A stretch of 64,000 nucleotides of DNA, from the NCBI RefSeq assembly GCF_009914755.1, contig NC_060927.1. One strand, given 5' to 3'. This document shows, one piece after another, positions 1 through 17,104 of the stretch. Made by a program: the position numbers and the translations under genes. Each line of letters begins with the position of its first letter. The stretch's first letter is position 1. The notes under the pieces were generated by a model. It was not told where the DNA came from. It worked only from the letters and a program-made list of their open reading frames with translations, and made no database searches. The DNA is from the human T2T-CHM13v2.0 reference genome, Homo sapiens.

Positions 1-267
1 GACAGAAGTGCCCTTCTGGTTTTTTTAGCTTTTAAAATGTGTGACCTTTGATTCTGTGAGCATCTGCAAACCTAGAGTAAAAGATGGGAATGCAGTTTGT
101 GCAACTGGGAAGTAATTCTGAAACTTGATATGAGAAAAAAATTGTCCTTAGAGGTGATCCTGGTTTGCAGTATGCGTTGGGTGAGGTCTATCCTGGGGGC
201 GAGAAGTTAGACTCAAAGATTATCTTTGGGTTTGGAGGGAAGAAAGGCAAGCATGAATGTTTTGTCT

Positions 268-588
<321 letters not shown>

Positions 589-969
589 CTAGTAGGCTAG
601 CTAAGATTGGAAATCAGCTTCACTATGTCATATTCTTTAAAAAAATTTTTTTTTTTAGAGATGAAGTCTCACTGTGTTTCCTACTCAGGCTGACCTGGAA
701 CTCTTGGGCTCAAGTGATTCTCCCACCTCAGCCTCCCAAGTAGCTAGAACTACAGGTGTGCACCACCACACCTGGCATGCTATGTCATACTTTTTATGAA
801 ACTCCTGGTTATTTTGGTGATTAGATCAATTATTACCGTGATGAGTGTTCAAAAGAAAAGAGGCAAGACATCCCCATCAAAGCTAAATATTTGGAAGATG
901 CCAGGAAGCTAGTTCTGCAAGTTGAAAAAAAATTCTTTAAAAATTTCTCCTATTTGAGTCTTAAAAAAA

Positions 970-1428
<459 letters not shown>

Positions 1429-1464
1429 AAACCTGGATAATTTTGAAATTTTGTTGTTGTTGTT

Positions 1465-1600
1465 GGTTGTCACAACTTGTAGGTAACATCAAGTGGGTAG
1501 AGGCCAGGGATGCTGCTAAACGTCCTACGATGCACAGGACGGTGCCACAACAAAGAATTATATGGCCTCCAGTGTCACTTGTGCCACAGTTGAGAAACTG
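1465..1600. mobile_element. MER20 fragment
   Basis: gtgggtagaggccagggatgctgctaaac...gttgagaaac. Confidence 0.8.
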
Positions 1601-3115
1601 AAACTGGATATGATTTTCACAACATTAAAGTCCTTTCTGACCTTGCATGTAGTTGCCTCTTCCAAGAAGATCAAAGTATTCTCCTAAACCGGACCCTCAG
1701 AAACCCTCTGGATCCTATTTGACGCTTCCCAATCCTAGAGGCCACTTGGGGTGTTGCTGCCTGTGGCTGGATGGGTTTGGGGTCTGTCATGAGCTTCTGT
1801 GCGGCTCTCTGGTGCTGTACCAAGGAAACTGCTGATTCAGGGGAGCAGGACAGCACTCAGGAGGTGTGGGCAGAGGTTCTTACACTGCTGCAGGTTGGGA
1901 TCCTCTTCTTTTTAAGTAATATATTAACAGCAGCCTTTGCTCTTAGGCATTTTTCCAGAAGCTGTGGCTGTTTGGCTGTTGGCATTGGGTGTTTGCCTTG
2001 TGATATACCCAGAAAAGGATTCATACGTTACATATGATGAAGTCTGGGGATGGGACTGGATTCTGAGAGTATAAAGATGGCAATGCAGACCCTGCCCAGA
2101 GACTACTCAGGCATCTCAATAGGCCTGAGCAGTGGCCATGCAGGGTGGTGGAGGTATGGCAGGGCTGCCTAACTCTGCCTGTGAAGTCAGGCAAGATCCC
2201 AGCAGTGCAGAGTGAATGCTTAGTATCTGCCTGTCACTGCTTTGAACAGTTTCCTTGCATCATCCCATTTCATCCCCACACTGAGGTAGAATTCTAAGAG
2301 GTTAGGTCACTTGCTACAGTCACATGGCAAGCATGTGACCAGAGCAGAGTCACAGTGGTCAATGGCAGAGCAGAGATTTGAACCCAGGTTGTTGAGCTGC
2401 AAAACTGAACTGTCAGGAGCATTTACAGAGAGCGGCAGTGCTTTAATAGCTAAGACTTTTAGGATGGGCTGGAGCTCGCCAGGCGAGAGGGAGAATAGGC
2501 GTGCCGGGGAGAGAGGAGCAGGTGTGTCAAAGTCCCGGAGGTGTGGGAGAGCACGGCATGTCTGGGGGTTGCAGATCATTATTGGAAGGGATGGAGGGCA
2601 GGCAATAGGCAGGTGATAGAAGAAGATGACCCTTGAGAGATGGGCAGCACCAAATCCTAAGTGGCCTTCAACATCATGCTGAGAGCCACTGCCAACCACC
2701 AGTGAATTAGCAGAGAGGAAGAGAAAGCTGTGTGACATTGAGCAGCTTGCTTAATTTCTCTAGGACCCAGCTGCCCATCCAAACTAAAACCTCTAAAACT
2801 ATACTGCTCTGACGAATGTTTCTTTCATTTGTGGCCATATGAGCAGAGTGAAGGAATGCCTGCATTGACACTGGTGGGGCAGCCCTGTTGATTCATGACT
2901 TCTCCCCCTAAGGCTGTGTGATGGGTGCAGGGAGTGGTTTCTTCTCAGTCAGCAGTTGGTTTTGTTTCAGCTTTCCAGCTTATCATTTGGCATTGACCAA
3001 GTGTCTGCCAAGGGCAAGGCACAGTGTATGCTAAGTACTGTGACAGAGGCAAAGATGTGGTCAGACTTGTTTTTGAGGAGCTTGCAGCCTAGTGGAGGGT
3101 CCAGCCAGTGTTCTT

Positions 3116-3734
3116 TTTATTGTTATTATTATTATTATACTTTAAGTTCTAGGGTACATGTGCACAACGTGCAGGTTTGTTACATATGTATACATGTGCC
3201 ATGTTGGTTTGCTGCACCCGTTAACTCGTCATTTACGTTAGGTATTTCTCCTAATGCTATCCCTCCCCCATCCCCCTGCCCCACGACAGGCCCCGGTGTG
3301 TAATGTTCCCCACCCTGTGTCCAAGTGTTTTCATTGTTCAATTCCCACCTATGAGTGAGACTGTGCGGTGTTTGGTTTTCTGTCCTTGGAATAGTTTGCT
3401 CAGAATGATGGTTTCCAGCTTCATCCATGTCCCTACAAAGGACATGAACTCATCCTTTTTTATGGCTGCATAGTATTCCATGGTGTATATGTGCCACATT
3501 TTCTTAATCCAGTCTATCATTGATGGACGTTTGGGTTGGTTCCAAGTCTTTGCTATTGTGAATAGTGCTGCAATAAACATATGTGTTCATGTGTCTTTAT
3601 AGTAGCATTATTTATAATCCTTTGGGTGTATGCCCAGTAATGAGATTGCTGGGTCAAATAGTATTTCTAGTTCTCAATCCTTGAGGAATCACTGCACTGT
3701 CTTCCACAATGGTTGAACTAGTTTACAGTCCCGC
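3116..3734 (-). mobile_element. 5'-truncated L1PA (3' ~620 bp)
   Basis: ORF2 C-terminal peptide and L1 3'UTR on the minus strand; 15-bp TSD ccagccagtgttctt at 3101-3115 and 3735-3749. Confidence 0.95.
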
Positions 3735-4017
3735 CCAGCCAGTGTTCTTATCACGAGATACAAATCTCAAGTGTCTTGAGAGAGAAGTGTTCATACCAAA
3801 TACTGTGGGGCATGGAGGATGAAATAGAGATTACTGGGGGATTGAGGAAAGTCTAAGTGAAGGAGATAACTTCTAGCTCCACCAGAAAGATTTTTTAAAG
3901 GAGAACTGGGGGTAGACAGAGGACGTCTTATAGGTAGAGAGTGGAGAAAATAGAGAAAAAAACAGAAAGCCAGTGCAGGTATAGTCATGAGAAAGTCAGA
4001 TTATTAAGTGTATCTAG

Positions 4018-4536
<519 letters not shown>

Positions 4537-4885
4537 TAAACAATGGAAAGTAAAATTGCAACTCTTAAGAGAGGCAATATCTCTTGAAATCAAAGCCAGT
4601 GATGTTAAGGAACTGCTTGGATGATGTGTCAAAGCAATAATAGGATCTGGCAATGTGAGATCTGCCAACAATTGATAAAGAGAAGGGATGAACACTCCTT
4701 TAGGGGAGAGACTTGAAAATCAAACAATTGAGAGGCCCTTGAGAAATCAGTGAGGCCATAAGATATTTTTGCAAAAATGGCTTCTTTATGATAGCACAGT
4801 GATGACCAAATGTTAATTGGAAGGACTTATCATACCGTAAAAGAGTCTACACAAAATGAAGTCTTTGTTCTAAGAATTCGCACAG

Positions 4886-5175
4886 GGCTGAGCATGGTGG
4901 CTCGTGCCTGCCCACCACTTTGGGAGGGCAAAGCAGGAGGATTGCTTGAGGCCAGGGGTTCGAGAACAGCCTGGGTAACATAGAGAGACCCCATCTCTGC
5001 AAAAAATGAAAAATTAGCTGGGCGTGGTGGTGCATGCCTGTGGTCCCAGCTGCTCAGGAGGCTGAGGTGGAAGGATCACTTGGGCCCAGGAGGTCGAGGC
5101 TGCAGTGCGCCACTACAGTCTAGCCTGGGCAACAGAGCAAGACCCTGTCTCAAATTAAAAAAAAAAGCAAAAAAA
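4886..5175 (+). mobile_element. AluJ-like
   Basis: Alu consensus with A-tail. Confidence 0.88.
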
Positions 5176-5489
5176 AGCACAGAAATGTAATTGTAACCTA
5201 AATTTTGCTTGGTATTTACTATTGCTTTTAAAATAGATAGATTCGATTTTTGTTTTATTTAGATAAAGTACTAAACAAAACTGTATTTTACTTTTAACTA
5301 TGAAATTCTGAGTGTGGCTTTACCATATATCCTTTTTTCTGGTGTTTATCTTCCTGGGCTACTGAGGTCTCTGGGAAGGAGATTCTGGCTAGAAAGAAGA
5401 TGTGGATCAGTGCACAAGGACCCTGAATGCTAGACTTTGTGCTGGGAGTGAGAAGTCTTGTCCTGCCAAAGCCTGCCAGTGTTTATTAA

Positions 5490-5877
<388 letters not shown>

Positions 5878-5879
5878 TA

Positions 5880-6286
<407 letters not shown>

Positions 6287-7439
6287 TTATTTAAAAGTGC
6301 AAGTTTGGCCAACAGGAGAATGTTTTGGGTGCTGAGGTTCTATTTTTTCCATCTGCTATATAGCACACCAATAGAGGGCTATTTTAATTCCTTTCAGCCA
6401 TGTGGCAAATAGTCACTTACATGATGCTCTTTCTAGCACTTCACCTTTGAGGGGTGACCTGGCTGATGACAGTTACATGTACTCATGCTAATTCAGTGAG
6501 AAACGTTCAAATCAAAGCCTGTTGTGGGCTCCACTAGAGCCTGAAGACTTTGGGCTCCTTAAACGTAAAGGGTCAAGTGGCTTTTGGCTCCTGTTTTATC
6601 CAGCAGGAGACTGGCTTGTATTTCTGTAGGGCTGTCTTGTTTTAAACATGATTTCAAGCAGGCGGTTATTCCAGACTATCACCACAGCCCCCATCCTGAC
6701 AAAAGAGGCTGATGTTGCCAGGTCAGTGTATGTGTGACATGTTTCATCACCTTGCTTCTTGGCCAGCATGATTTGTTAAAAGCTGTACCACAGGATACAC
6801 AACCCCCCTGCCTTCCAGCTGAGCCTCGGACTGATCTGCCTGCCTGTCCCTCCTCTGCCTGTCACTTCTCTAGAGAATCAGGTAGCACGGCTTTCTGGTT
6901 CTCTCTGATCCTCCACCCACAGGACCAGCCTGGCTGGGCTGAATTCTCTTTCCCACAGTGCTGCCCAGGTGGCCAAAGCAGGGAGGGGACTGTGGGCTGG
7001 GCTGGTTCTTTAATGAGAACCCCCATGAGGAACCAGTTGTCAGAGTTTTGGTGCAAAGCAGGAGAGAGTGAACCATCTAATCAGTACCTCTCCCAGAATC
7101 ACGAAGGAGATAAGAATTTGTGGTTTATGGATGGTCATGTGTTTCCAGGATAGAACAATAAGAACGTTTATCATTTGAAAAATTTAAATTCCTATCTTCT
7201 ACCTTAGAGTACTGGACTTTGAGTCTTAAGGACTAAAGTTCCTGCCATGCAGGCATAACCTTTGGACAGTCATGTGGGCAGTAGTCCGCCAGTCATTGAA
7301 TGTTAATAGAGTGGGCTGCTAGGCTGCATAGTGTGGAGATGGAGGGAGTTTCATCCTCCATCCTTCCAGCATTCACATTTGTATTTCTTTCCTCATAATG
7401 AAAAACAGTTAATATTTGGTTGCCGTCTCTAATGGGCCT

Positions 7440-9121
<1,682 letters not shown>

Positions 9122-10276
9122 TCATTAGGTCAAGGATATGTGCATTTTACGTAGCCACAGATTTTGCCAAATTGCAATCTGTAGAGTTTGCTGATGAGAA
9201 TGCAAATTGGTACATTATATGAGAGCATCTATTTTTCCATAGCCTCAGCAGCACAGTCTGTATTAAACTTCTTGTTCTTTGCCAGTACAATAAAGGAAGA
9301 TCACCATCACCCTGTAGATTTAATTTGCATATCTCTTATTATAAATGAGATTGAGCATCTTTTTATATGTTTAAGAGTCATTTGTATTTCCCTCCTGGTA
9401 AATTATCTGTTCAGATCATTTGCTCATTTTTCTATTAGGTTTTGTTGTTATTGGTCTTGATTTGTAGGAACCCTTTATACATTAAGGAAATTACTATGTT
9501 GTCTCTATTATGTATTTACAAATTTTAATCTTATTTATGGTATCTCTTTCCATGTGGAGATTTAAAAACTTTTTTATGCAACTAATACTCTTTGTTATGG
9601 CCTCTGGATGTTAGACATTACTTAGAAAGCCCTTTCCTATGGAGATACTTTTAAAATAGAATTCTCATGTTTCCTCCTAGAACTTAGATGGTTTTATTTT
9701 TTATATTTAATTCTTTGATTCATCTGAAACAATTCAGGGGTTTTTCTGGTTTCATTTCCTTTGCTCATCTCATTCTCTTGCTGCTGAGCAGTTTGTAGCG
9801 CCTCCCTGCTTCTGCCCAACCCAGTTTTGGAGCGGTGCAGCCCCCCTGACAGTACCAGTGCCATCACTCTGGTAACAATATTATCCTCACTTGCCCATTG
9901 GTTGCTGCCTTGCTTCCATTCCTTTCTGAACACACTGTTTAGGTAAGCCCTAACCCCGATGGAGGAGAGCTTTAACTATCGTTCCATGCTTGACTACTTA
10001 CCAGATTTCTTCTTTGACCTCTGTCAATTCTTCCTAGTCCTGGCTCATTATCTGAGACGCCCTGCCCTTTGTGCACGTTTGCCTTATTGCCTCACTGGGG
10101 GAGGTGACCTGAACAAGAGGCATAGTATAAAGCCACAAGCTGTTTGTACTTTGCCTGTGCTGAGGAAAAGAGTGCTCCACCTTCACTGAAGCCAGCAATT
10201 TGGCCGGCTGTTAGCACTTCATTCATATTCCCTAGTATGAGTTAATTCTTTGTCATTTTATTTCTTGTGATTCCAG

Positions 10277-10341
10277 AATCTCATTTTCAGCTTCTGCCAG
10301 AGCCAGTAGCAGTTGGGAAAGAAGGCTGTGCTCTTTGAAGA
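10277..10341 (+). other. ABHD6: Probable non-coding 5'UTR exon of ABHD6 (65 nt)
   Basis: Pyrimidine-rich tract ending ttccag (10271-10276), donor GA|gtgagt at 10342, no ATG inside, unique sequence upstream of the first coding exon. Confidence 0.7.
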
Positions 10342-13300
10342 GTGAGTATGGATTTTAACCACCATAGATTTCCCCCAAAAGGCAGCCTTTAATTAAACTG
10401 GGACTGCTGTTGTAAGCCCTGCTTCCAAGCCCTCTGCAGGCCAAAGTGTGCTGCATGATTTTTCTGATCAGTAGGTCTAGTGGGAAGGGATTTGGCACCT
10501 GAAGGTTTTCAAAGCTCTGACGCACACCCTAAAAGCCCCCTGCAAATAGTTCTGAAAGACTATGTGGGGGAACCTGGCTCTGAATTTGAAGGGAGTCTGG
10601 AAGGCATGGGTTCATGGGCCCCAGTGCTTTCCTGAAAAGGGGACACTTGAACAGGCTCTGAAGGCAGGGAAGAGTTCATCAGGCAGCCAGACGTGGGAGT
10701 GCTCTACACCAAGGGGTCAGCAGGAAGGAAGACAGAATGAAGCTGTATGGGGCTCGCGAGCTGGTTATTTGGAGTGCAGGCAAAGACGTGGGAGTCAGGA
10801 CTGGGAAGTTGAGCTGGGACTACATGGGGCGGTCAGAGTTCACATTTTATTTGGTGGACATGAGACCAGCACAGCCTGATCCCTGGTGTGAATTGAGAAG
10901 ATTTCTCTGGCAGCTGGGGTGGTGGGACTATGGGGTGTGAAAGAATAGCCTTTACAGAAACAGGAGGGAGAGGAAGGGAGGACCTGGACCCAGTGTGGTG
11001 GCTGAGGGGAGCTGCGGTCCGAATCATACAAAGTCCTACACCTGGTGAAAATTTTTCTTTTTACCTTACATTCCTAGTAAATGTTGAACCCAACTGGGAT
11101 TGGGTTTTTAGGTATTAGTTTTTAGGGGTGTAAGTCCCCTAAGGCTGTGCTGTCTAATATGGTAGTTCTTATCCACATGTAGCTGTTGAGCACTTGAAGT
11201 GTGGCTGGTGTGGCTGAAGAACTGAAGTTTGAATTTTCTTTGGCTTTAATCAATTTAAGTTTAAATTGCCATATATCAGGCAGTGTAGTTTGTTTAGACT
11301 TGGACAAGTTGACTCCAGTGCTGGTGCCTCTTCACCTTTGCCTAACAGGAGTGGTGAGCAAGTAGGAGAATGAAAGATGCATTGGCATCTAGGAGGTTAG
11401 ACTGATGCAATTACTGTCAGCAGAAATCAGTAAGTCGGCTAGGTGCAGAAGCTTGCGCCTGTAATCCCAGCACTTTGGGAGGCCGAGGCGGGGGGGATCA
11501 CCTGAGGTCAGGAGTTCGAGACCAGCCCAGCATGGTGAAACCCTGTCTCTACTAAAAAGACAAAAATTAGCTAGGCATGGTGGCAGATGCCTGTAATCCC
11601 AGCTACTCAGGAGGCTGAGACAGGAGAAGCACTTGAACCCAGGAGGCGGAGGTTGCAGTGAGCCAAGATTGTACCACTACACTCCAGCCTGGCTGACAGA
11701 GCGAGACTCCATCTAAAAAAAAAAAAGAAAGAAAAAAAGACAGAAATCAGTAAGTCAGGCGAAGCGAGGAGAGATGTGTCTATGAGATTCTATGAAAGTG
11801 TTTTACGTTGTTTATTCTTGGATTTTACTTTATACCCTGAAGACTAAGATATTGGAACTCAAGATCCCAGTTTTCAAAATCAGTGACAACATTAAAGAAA
11901 ATTGTGAGATGTGCCTTACTCCTAACCCCAGATTAAACTTCATTTCCCTGATGTAATGTTTATCTGGATCCACTGACATGTCCCCTATCCAATTAATCTT
12001 TGCCACTGTATTCAGACATAAGGGCCCCCAAATGCACAGCTTGGGTGTTGAGCAGTGGCAGAGGATCCTGAGCCTGGGATGTGAGAGTATGTTTTCCCTG
12101 GTGCCAGCATGGCCAGCTCTCCTTCCTGGCATTGCCTGCTTCACACTGTGCCGCAGTGTCTTTAACCCTGGGGTGCCTCACTTTACACGATAAATAGATA
12201 AAATGAAGTGTTTTTCTTTTTCAGTGTATTCAGTCAGGCGATAAACATGATCAAGCACCAAGTCTTTGCCAGGTGATGTTTTAGGTTCTGGGAACTCTAT
12301 TAGGAAAGAAGATTCTTGTGGGAGCAAGCCAAATCCTACTCTTTAATTGCCTGGCATAATTCCAGAAATGTTTAAGTCACCAAAGTAAGAAAGAACAGAC
12401 ATGACTATTTGAATGTTCTCATTAAATAGATGAAGAAGCCAAGGTCTCCCAGCTGATGTGTGGAAGAGCCACGATGGAGAGGGCCAGCTGCCACACTGGT
12501 GCCCCCAGCCTGGTGCCATCCATTGCACGAGTTTGTCCCTCAGTGGCAGCCATTCAAGGATGACCATCACGATTTTTGCTATATTCATGTGTCACCTACT
12601 AAGCATTTTTCTTTAAATTGACTGCTTGTTTTTTTTTTTTTTTTTTTTTTTGGAACAGTCTCCCTCTGTCGCCTAGGCTGTCGGCTCACTGAAACCTCAG
12701 CCTCCAGGCTCAAGTAATCCTCCCACCTGAGTCTCCTGAGTAGCTGAGACTACAGGCGCATGCCACCATGCCCGGCTAATTTTTGTATTTTTTGTAAAGA
12801 TGGGGCCTCTCCATGTTGCCCAGGCCGGTCTCAAACTCCTCTACTCAAGCAATCTGCCCGTCTCGGCCTCCCAAAGTGCTGGGATTACAGGCATGAGCCA
12901 CCACGCCCAGCTGTGGTTTAACACCACCACACTGAGAGTTTCTCTTTGACCCAAGCAGGACTGAAAAGAACTGAAAAGAGATGACTTTCCTAGTATATAT
13001 GTTGTTATCTAATGCTGTGTACCCCTGAAACATTCTTTAGTACTCTCCTGCTCACTAAAGTCATCTTGCAAACTCTCAGTTGTATGGGTGCCATGCTTTG
13101 GGAAACTCAAGTTACACTTCTTGGTTGATCTCTGATTTTTGGCCATTGGCAGTTCCTGGTTCATAATGCTTCAGTTTGTTCTGCCTCCAGCCTCTCCCTG
13201 GGGTACATAGAGTACTCTAGAAATAAACACCAGCATGGCAGGGGAGCTGTCTTTTTAAAGGAAAGCTGAAGCAAGACCTTTGTAAAATGAAGGATGTTGT

Positions 13301-14677
13301 AGAGATAGGAATAAATTGCCTACCCTTTATCTGTACAGAAAACTCAGAATTGTGGTTTCTTCAACTAAGGTCTGGATTTATTTGACCTTGTCAGGGAGAG
13401 TGTGCAGGGTTTTCTGTAATAAGTGCAAACCTTACTAAATTGATCATGTTCTACAAAAGCTGCTTATGGAAGACTTTATTCTGCTGTTAAATAGAAGATG
13501 GAGGCAGATGCGACCTTCGCTGAAACTGACTGGCATTGTGGCAGGCACCGACAGAGCACAGAGGGGTTTTTTTTTTTTGATGATCATGCCTTCATTTCGG
13601 GGCTATCATCTCCAGTGTCAGAGTCTATGATATATATGGCTTTGGGCATAAACTGTTCTAATTCCTAGTCCAAAGGACTCCCTGCTGCTCAGTAATCTGA
13701 ATTTACAGTGGCCCCCAGCAGTTTTTAAGGACTTTGTATGATGTGGAAAAGTCTTCTCAAAGCTGACAGTTCCCATCTGTGTCAACTCATTCACAGCCCA
13801 TGATGTTCAAACAGATCTGTACAGATTCCCTTCAGTCTGTGATTAACTTGCTTACTCCTTGAAGGTGATGCCTTTTAGCAGGGTAAATTGTAGCCAGTGT
13901 TAAATAGGTGACTCCTTCAGGGATTTTTGTAATTACCGAAAGAGGAAAGATGTCAGGTCTCTTACAGAGTCATTGGGAATGGTTGTTCCTAAAAGAAATG
14001 AAACAGATGGAACCCATTTTGTAAATTTGCTTTTCATTGATTCATTTGTACCTTATTTGTGTCCTGTGCCATACTTGACACTGAGGAAGAACATACATGA
14101 TTGTCCCTACCCTCAAGGAGCTCTGGTTCCAGAAGGAGAAGCAGGCCAATGATTTCAGTGTGCTGGGAAAATTGTTTACAGTGACTGAGAAACTGAGAGG
14201 GCAATTGCATCAGAGACAAAGACAGTGCTTATGCCCTGGGAAGGTGGCAGCTTTCATCACTGTAGACTCAGGACTGTACTTAGGTAGAGTATGGGTATGT
14301 AATGAAAAGAACCATCTAACCCACCTATGGGTGCATCTGTCTCCTTCTCCAGGCTGTGAGGTGCTTGCTAGGCAAAACCTCTTGAAGATGGAGAGCTCAT
14401 ATCTTCATTGAGAAATTAGGGATGTTGAATGTAGATACCTAACAGCAAAGAGGTTACAGAGACTAAGGACAGGCCATTTGAAAAAAATAAAAAATAGACA
14501 AAGTGGAGCTTGGTGCAAAGGTAGTAGATTGGAGTTAGAAATCTGTTTTGTAATCATGACTACCAGCTGGGTGACCTTGGGCAAGTTACTTAGCCTCTCA
14601 GAGCCTCAATTTCCTCAGCCTATAAAACAGGATGAAACACTTGCCTTTCCTATGTGACAGGGTTGATGTGCTATATC

Positions 14678-14891
14678 AAGGGTTGGCAAATTACAGCCTA
14701 CAGGTCAAATTTGGCCTACAGCCTATTTCTGTGAAGTTTTATTGGAACACAGTCATACTCATTCGTTACATGTCTTCAATGGCTGCTTTCTCATCCAGTG
14801 GCAGACTGAGTAGCTGTAATAGAGACTCTGTGTCCCACAGTGCTAAAATCGTCACCGTCTGGCACTTTACAGAAAAAGTGTGCTGACCCTT
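14678..14891. mobile_element. MER58-type MITE (further copies ~30660-31092, split by an Alu, and ~46877-47085)
   Basis: gggttggcaaa...gctgaccct terminal inverted repeats. Confidence 0.8.
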
Positions 14892-15175
14892 GTGCTTAGT
14901 GGTCGAGAGGTTATACTGTGCTGCATTGAACTTATTATCAAATTGAATTAAGTATCAGTCGATAGAGGCATATGGGAGAGATCACTCCATTTCCCAGGAA
15001 ATGTAAGGAAGGCCATGATTTGCTAGATGTTAATGCTTTTTCTTGAAGAAATCTGTATTATGTTTGGTGAGTCCTGCACACTTAGCACAGATGGCAGGGA
15101 ATCAAGGCAGAGGGCCACGCCTGGCTTACAGGTCCTTCCAGGGGTTTTCTGTGTTGGAGAGAATGACTGGACTTG

Positions 15176-15247
15176 AAATATATATTTATTATATATTTAT
15201 ATTTATATACTTTATGATATATATGTGTGTATATACATATATATGTG

Positions 15248-15295
<48 letters not shown>

Positions 15296-15297
15296 AA
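15176..15297. repeat. (TA)n/(CA)n compound microsatellite at an Alu tail
   Basis: Read directly from sequence. Confidence 0.9.
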
Positions 15298-16068
15298 ATA
15301 GAGATGAGGTCTTGCCATGTTGCCTAGGCTGGTCTTCAATGCCTGGCCTCAAGTGATCCTTCCACCTCTGCCTCCCAAAGTGTTGAGATTACAGGCATGG
15401 GCCACGGAACCCAGCCTGAAGTATTTTTCATTCTATGCTAGAATGAACTGTATTATAAGCTCATAAGACAGGACAGGGCAGGGCCTCTGATACAGCTGGA
15501 ATTCTAGTGCCCCAATGGTGTGTCAGGTCTTAGTGTTGGTGCTGGGGACACCCAGTCCTTACTCTCATGCATCCCACATTCTAGCCTTCAGATGTGTAAG
15601 TCTTTAGGAAGACATCAGAAAGTACACTGAAAACTACCTTTTTGGCTTATTCTCCCTTAACTTTGTATTATGTATTTATTTTTTGAATTGGTTACATATT
15701 TACATAACAACTTAAAAGTTTTAAAAAGTGAAAAACCAAGTTTCCTGTCTATTCCTGACACTTAGCTATCTACTTCCCCACCTTAGATCAATCACTGTTA
15801 CTGGTTTCTTGTATCCATGTGTACATGTATATTTGTTCATTGATTTCTTTAAAAGTCTGTCTTTTTTTTTTTTTTTTTTAAAGGTTCTCACTCCGTTGCC
15901 TAGGCTAGAGTGCAGTGGTGCAATCATAGCTTACTACAGCTTCAAACTCCTGGGCTCAAGTGATCCTCCCACCTTGGTCTCCCAAAGTGCTGGATCACAG
16001 GCATGAGCTACCATGCCCAACCTGTCCTCCTTTTTTATTTTTATTTATTTTTTATTTTTATTTTTTGA

Positions 16069-16256
<188 letters not shown>

Positions 16257-16474
16257 TAGTCTCGAACTCCTGACCTTAAGTGATCCGCCCACCTCAGCCT
16301 CCCAAAGTGCTGGGATTACAGGTGTGAGCCACTGCACCTGTCTCCTTTTTTATTTTTAAATACTGCAAGCCTACAGAAAGATTGAAAGGATAATATCATG
16401 TAACCTTCACCTGGATTCCCCAGTGGTTAGCATTTTACCATATTTGCTTTATTTCTCTCTCTTTTCCTCCCACC

Positions 16475-16476
<2 letters not shown>

Positions 16477-16513
<37 letters not shown>

Positions 16514-16517
16514 ACAC
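16477..16517. repeat. (CA)~20 microsatellite with one interruption
   Basis: Read directly from sequence. Confidence 0.95.
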
Positions 16518-16985
16518 TACTTTTTCTCTCCTGAACCTTTAAAAGTGAGTAGCAGATACCATTATACTTCACCCCTTACAACTTCAGCAAACATCTCCTA
16601 AAAGGGAAGATATTCTCCTACATACATACATAATCACAATTTCATCATCATACTCAAGAATTGTGTCACTGATACATTGACGTTGTCTAATACCCAGCCC
16701 TTACTCAGATTTTCACATTTGTCCCAACTATGTCCTTTATAATGTTTTTTTTTTTTACAAATCCAGGCTCCTCTGAAAAGTTCCTCATTACTTTTAGTTG
16801 TCATGTCTATTTGGTTTTTTGTAAAGCACTTGCCTGCTTTGGTTTCCTCCTGTTCTTTACCCTCACTCTGGGAACTTCACTTTTCTTGTCCCCTTTACTT
16901 CTTCGCCTTTTTTCCTTTGATACAGAGTTTTAATATCGTCATTCTCTTTGGCCCCTGCAGGAGTCAGCCAGCCTGAAAGAGCAGG

Positions 16986-17104
16986 ATGGATCTTGATGTG
17001 GTTAACATGTTTGTGATTGCGGGCGGCACGCTGGCCATCCCAATCCTGGCATTTGTGGCTTCATTTCTTCTGTGGCCTTCAGCACTGATAAGAATCTATT
17101 ATTG
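16986..17104 (+). CDS. ABHD6: ABHD6 coding exon 1 (exon starts 16961): MDLDVVNMFV...RIYY, N-terminal transmembrane anchor
   Basis: cctgcag acceptor at 16960, aggATGG Kozak context, TG|gtaagc donor, 119 nt coding; recognised ABHD6 N-terminus. Confidence 0.97.
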
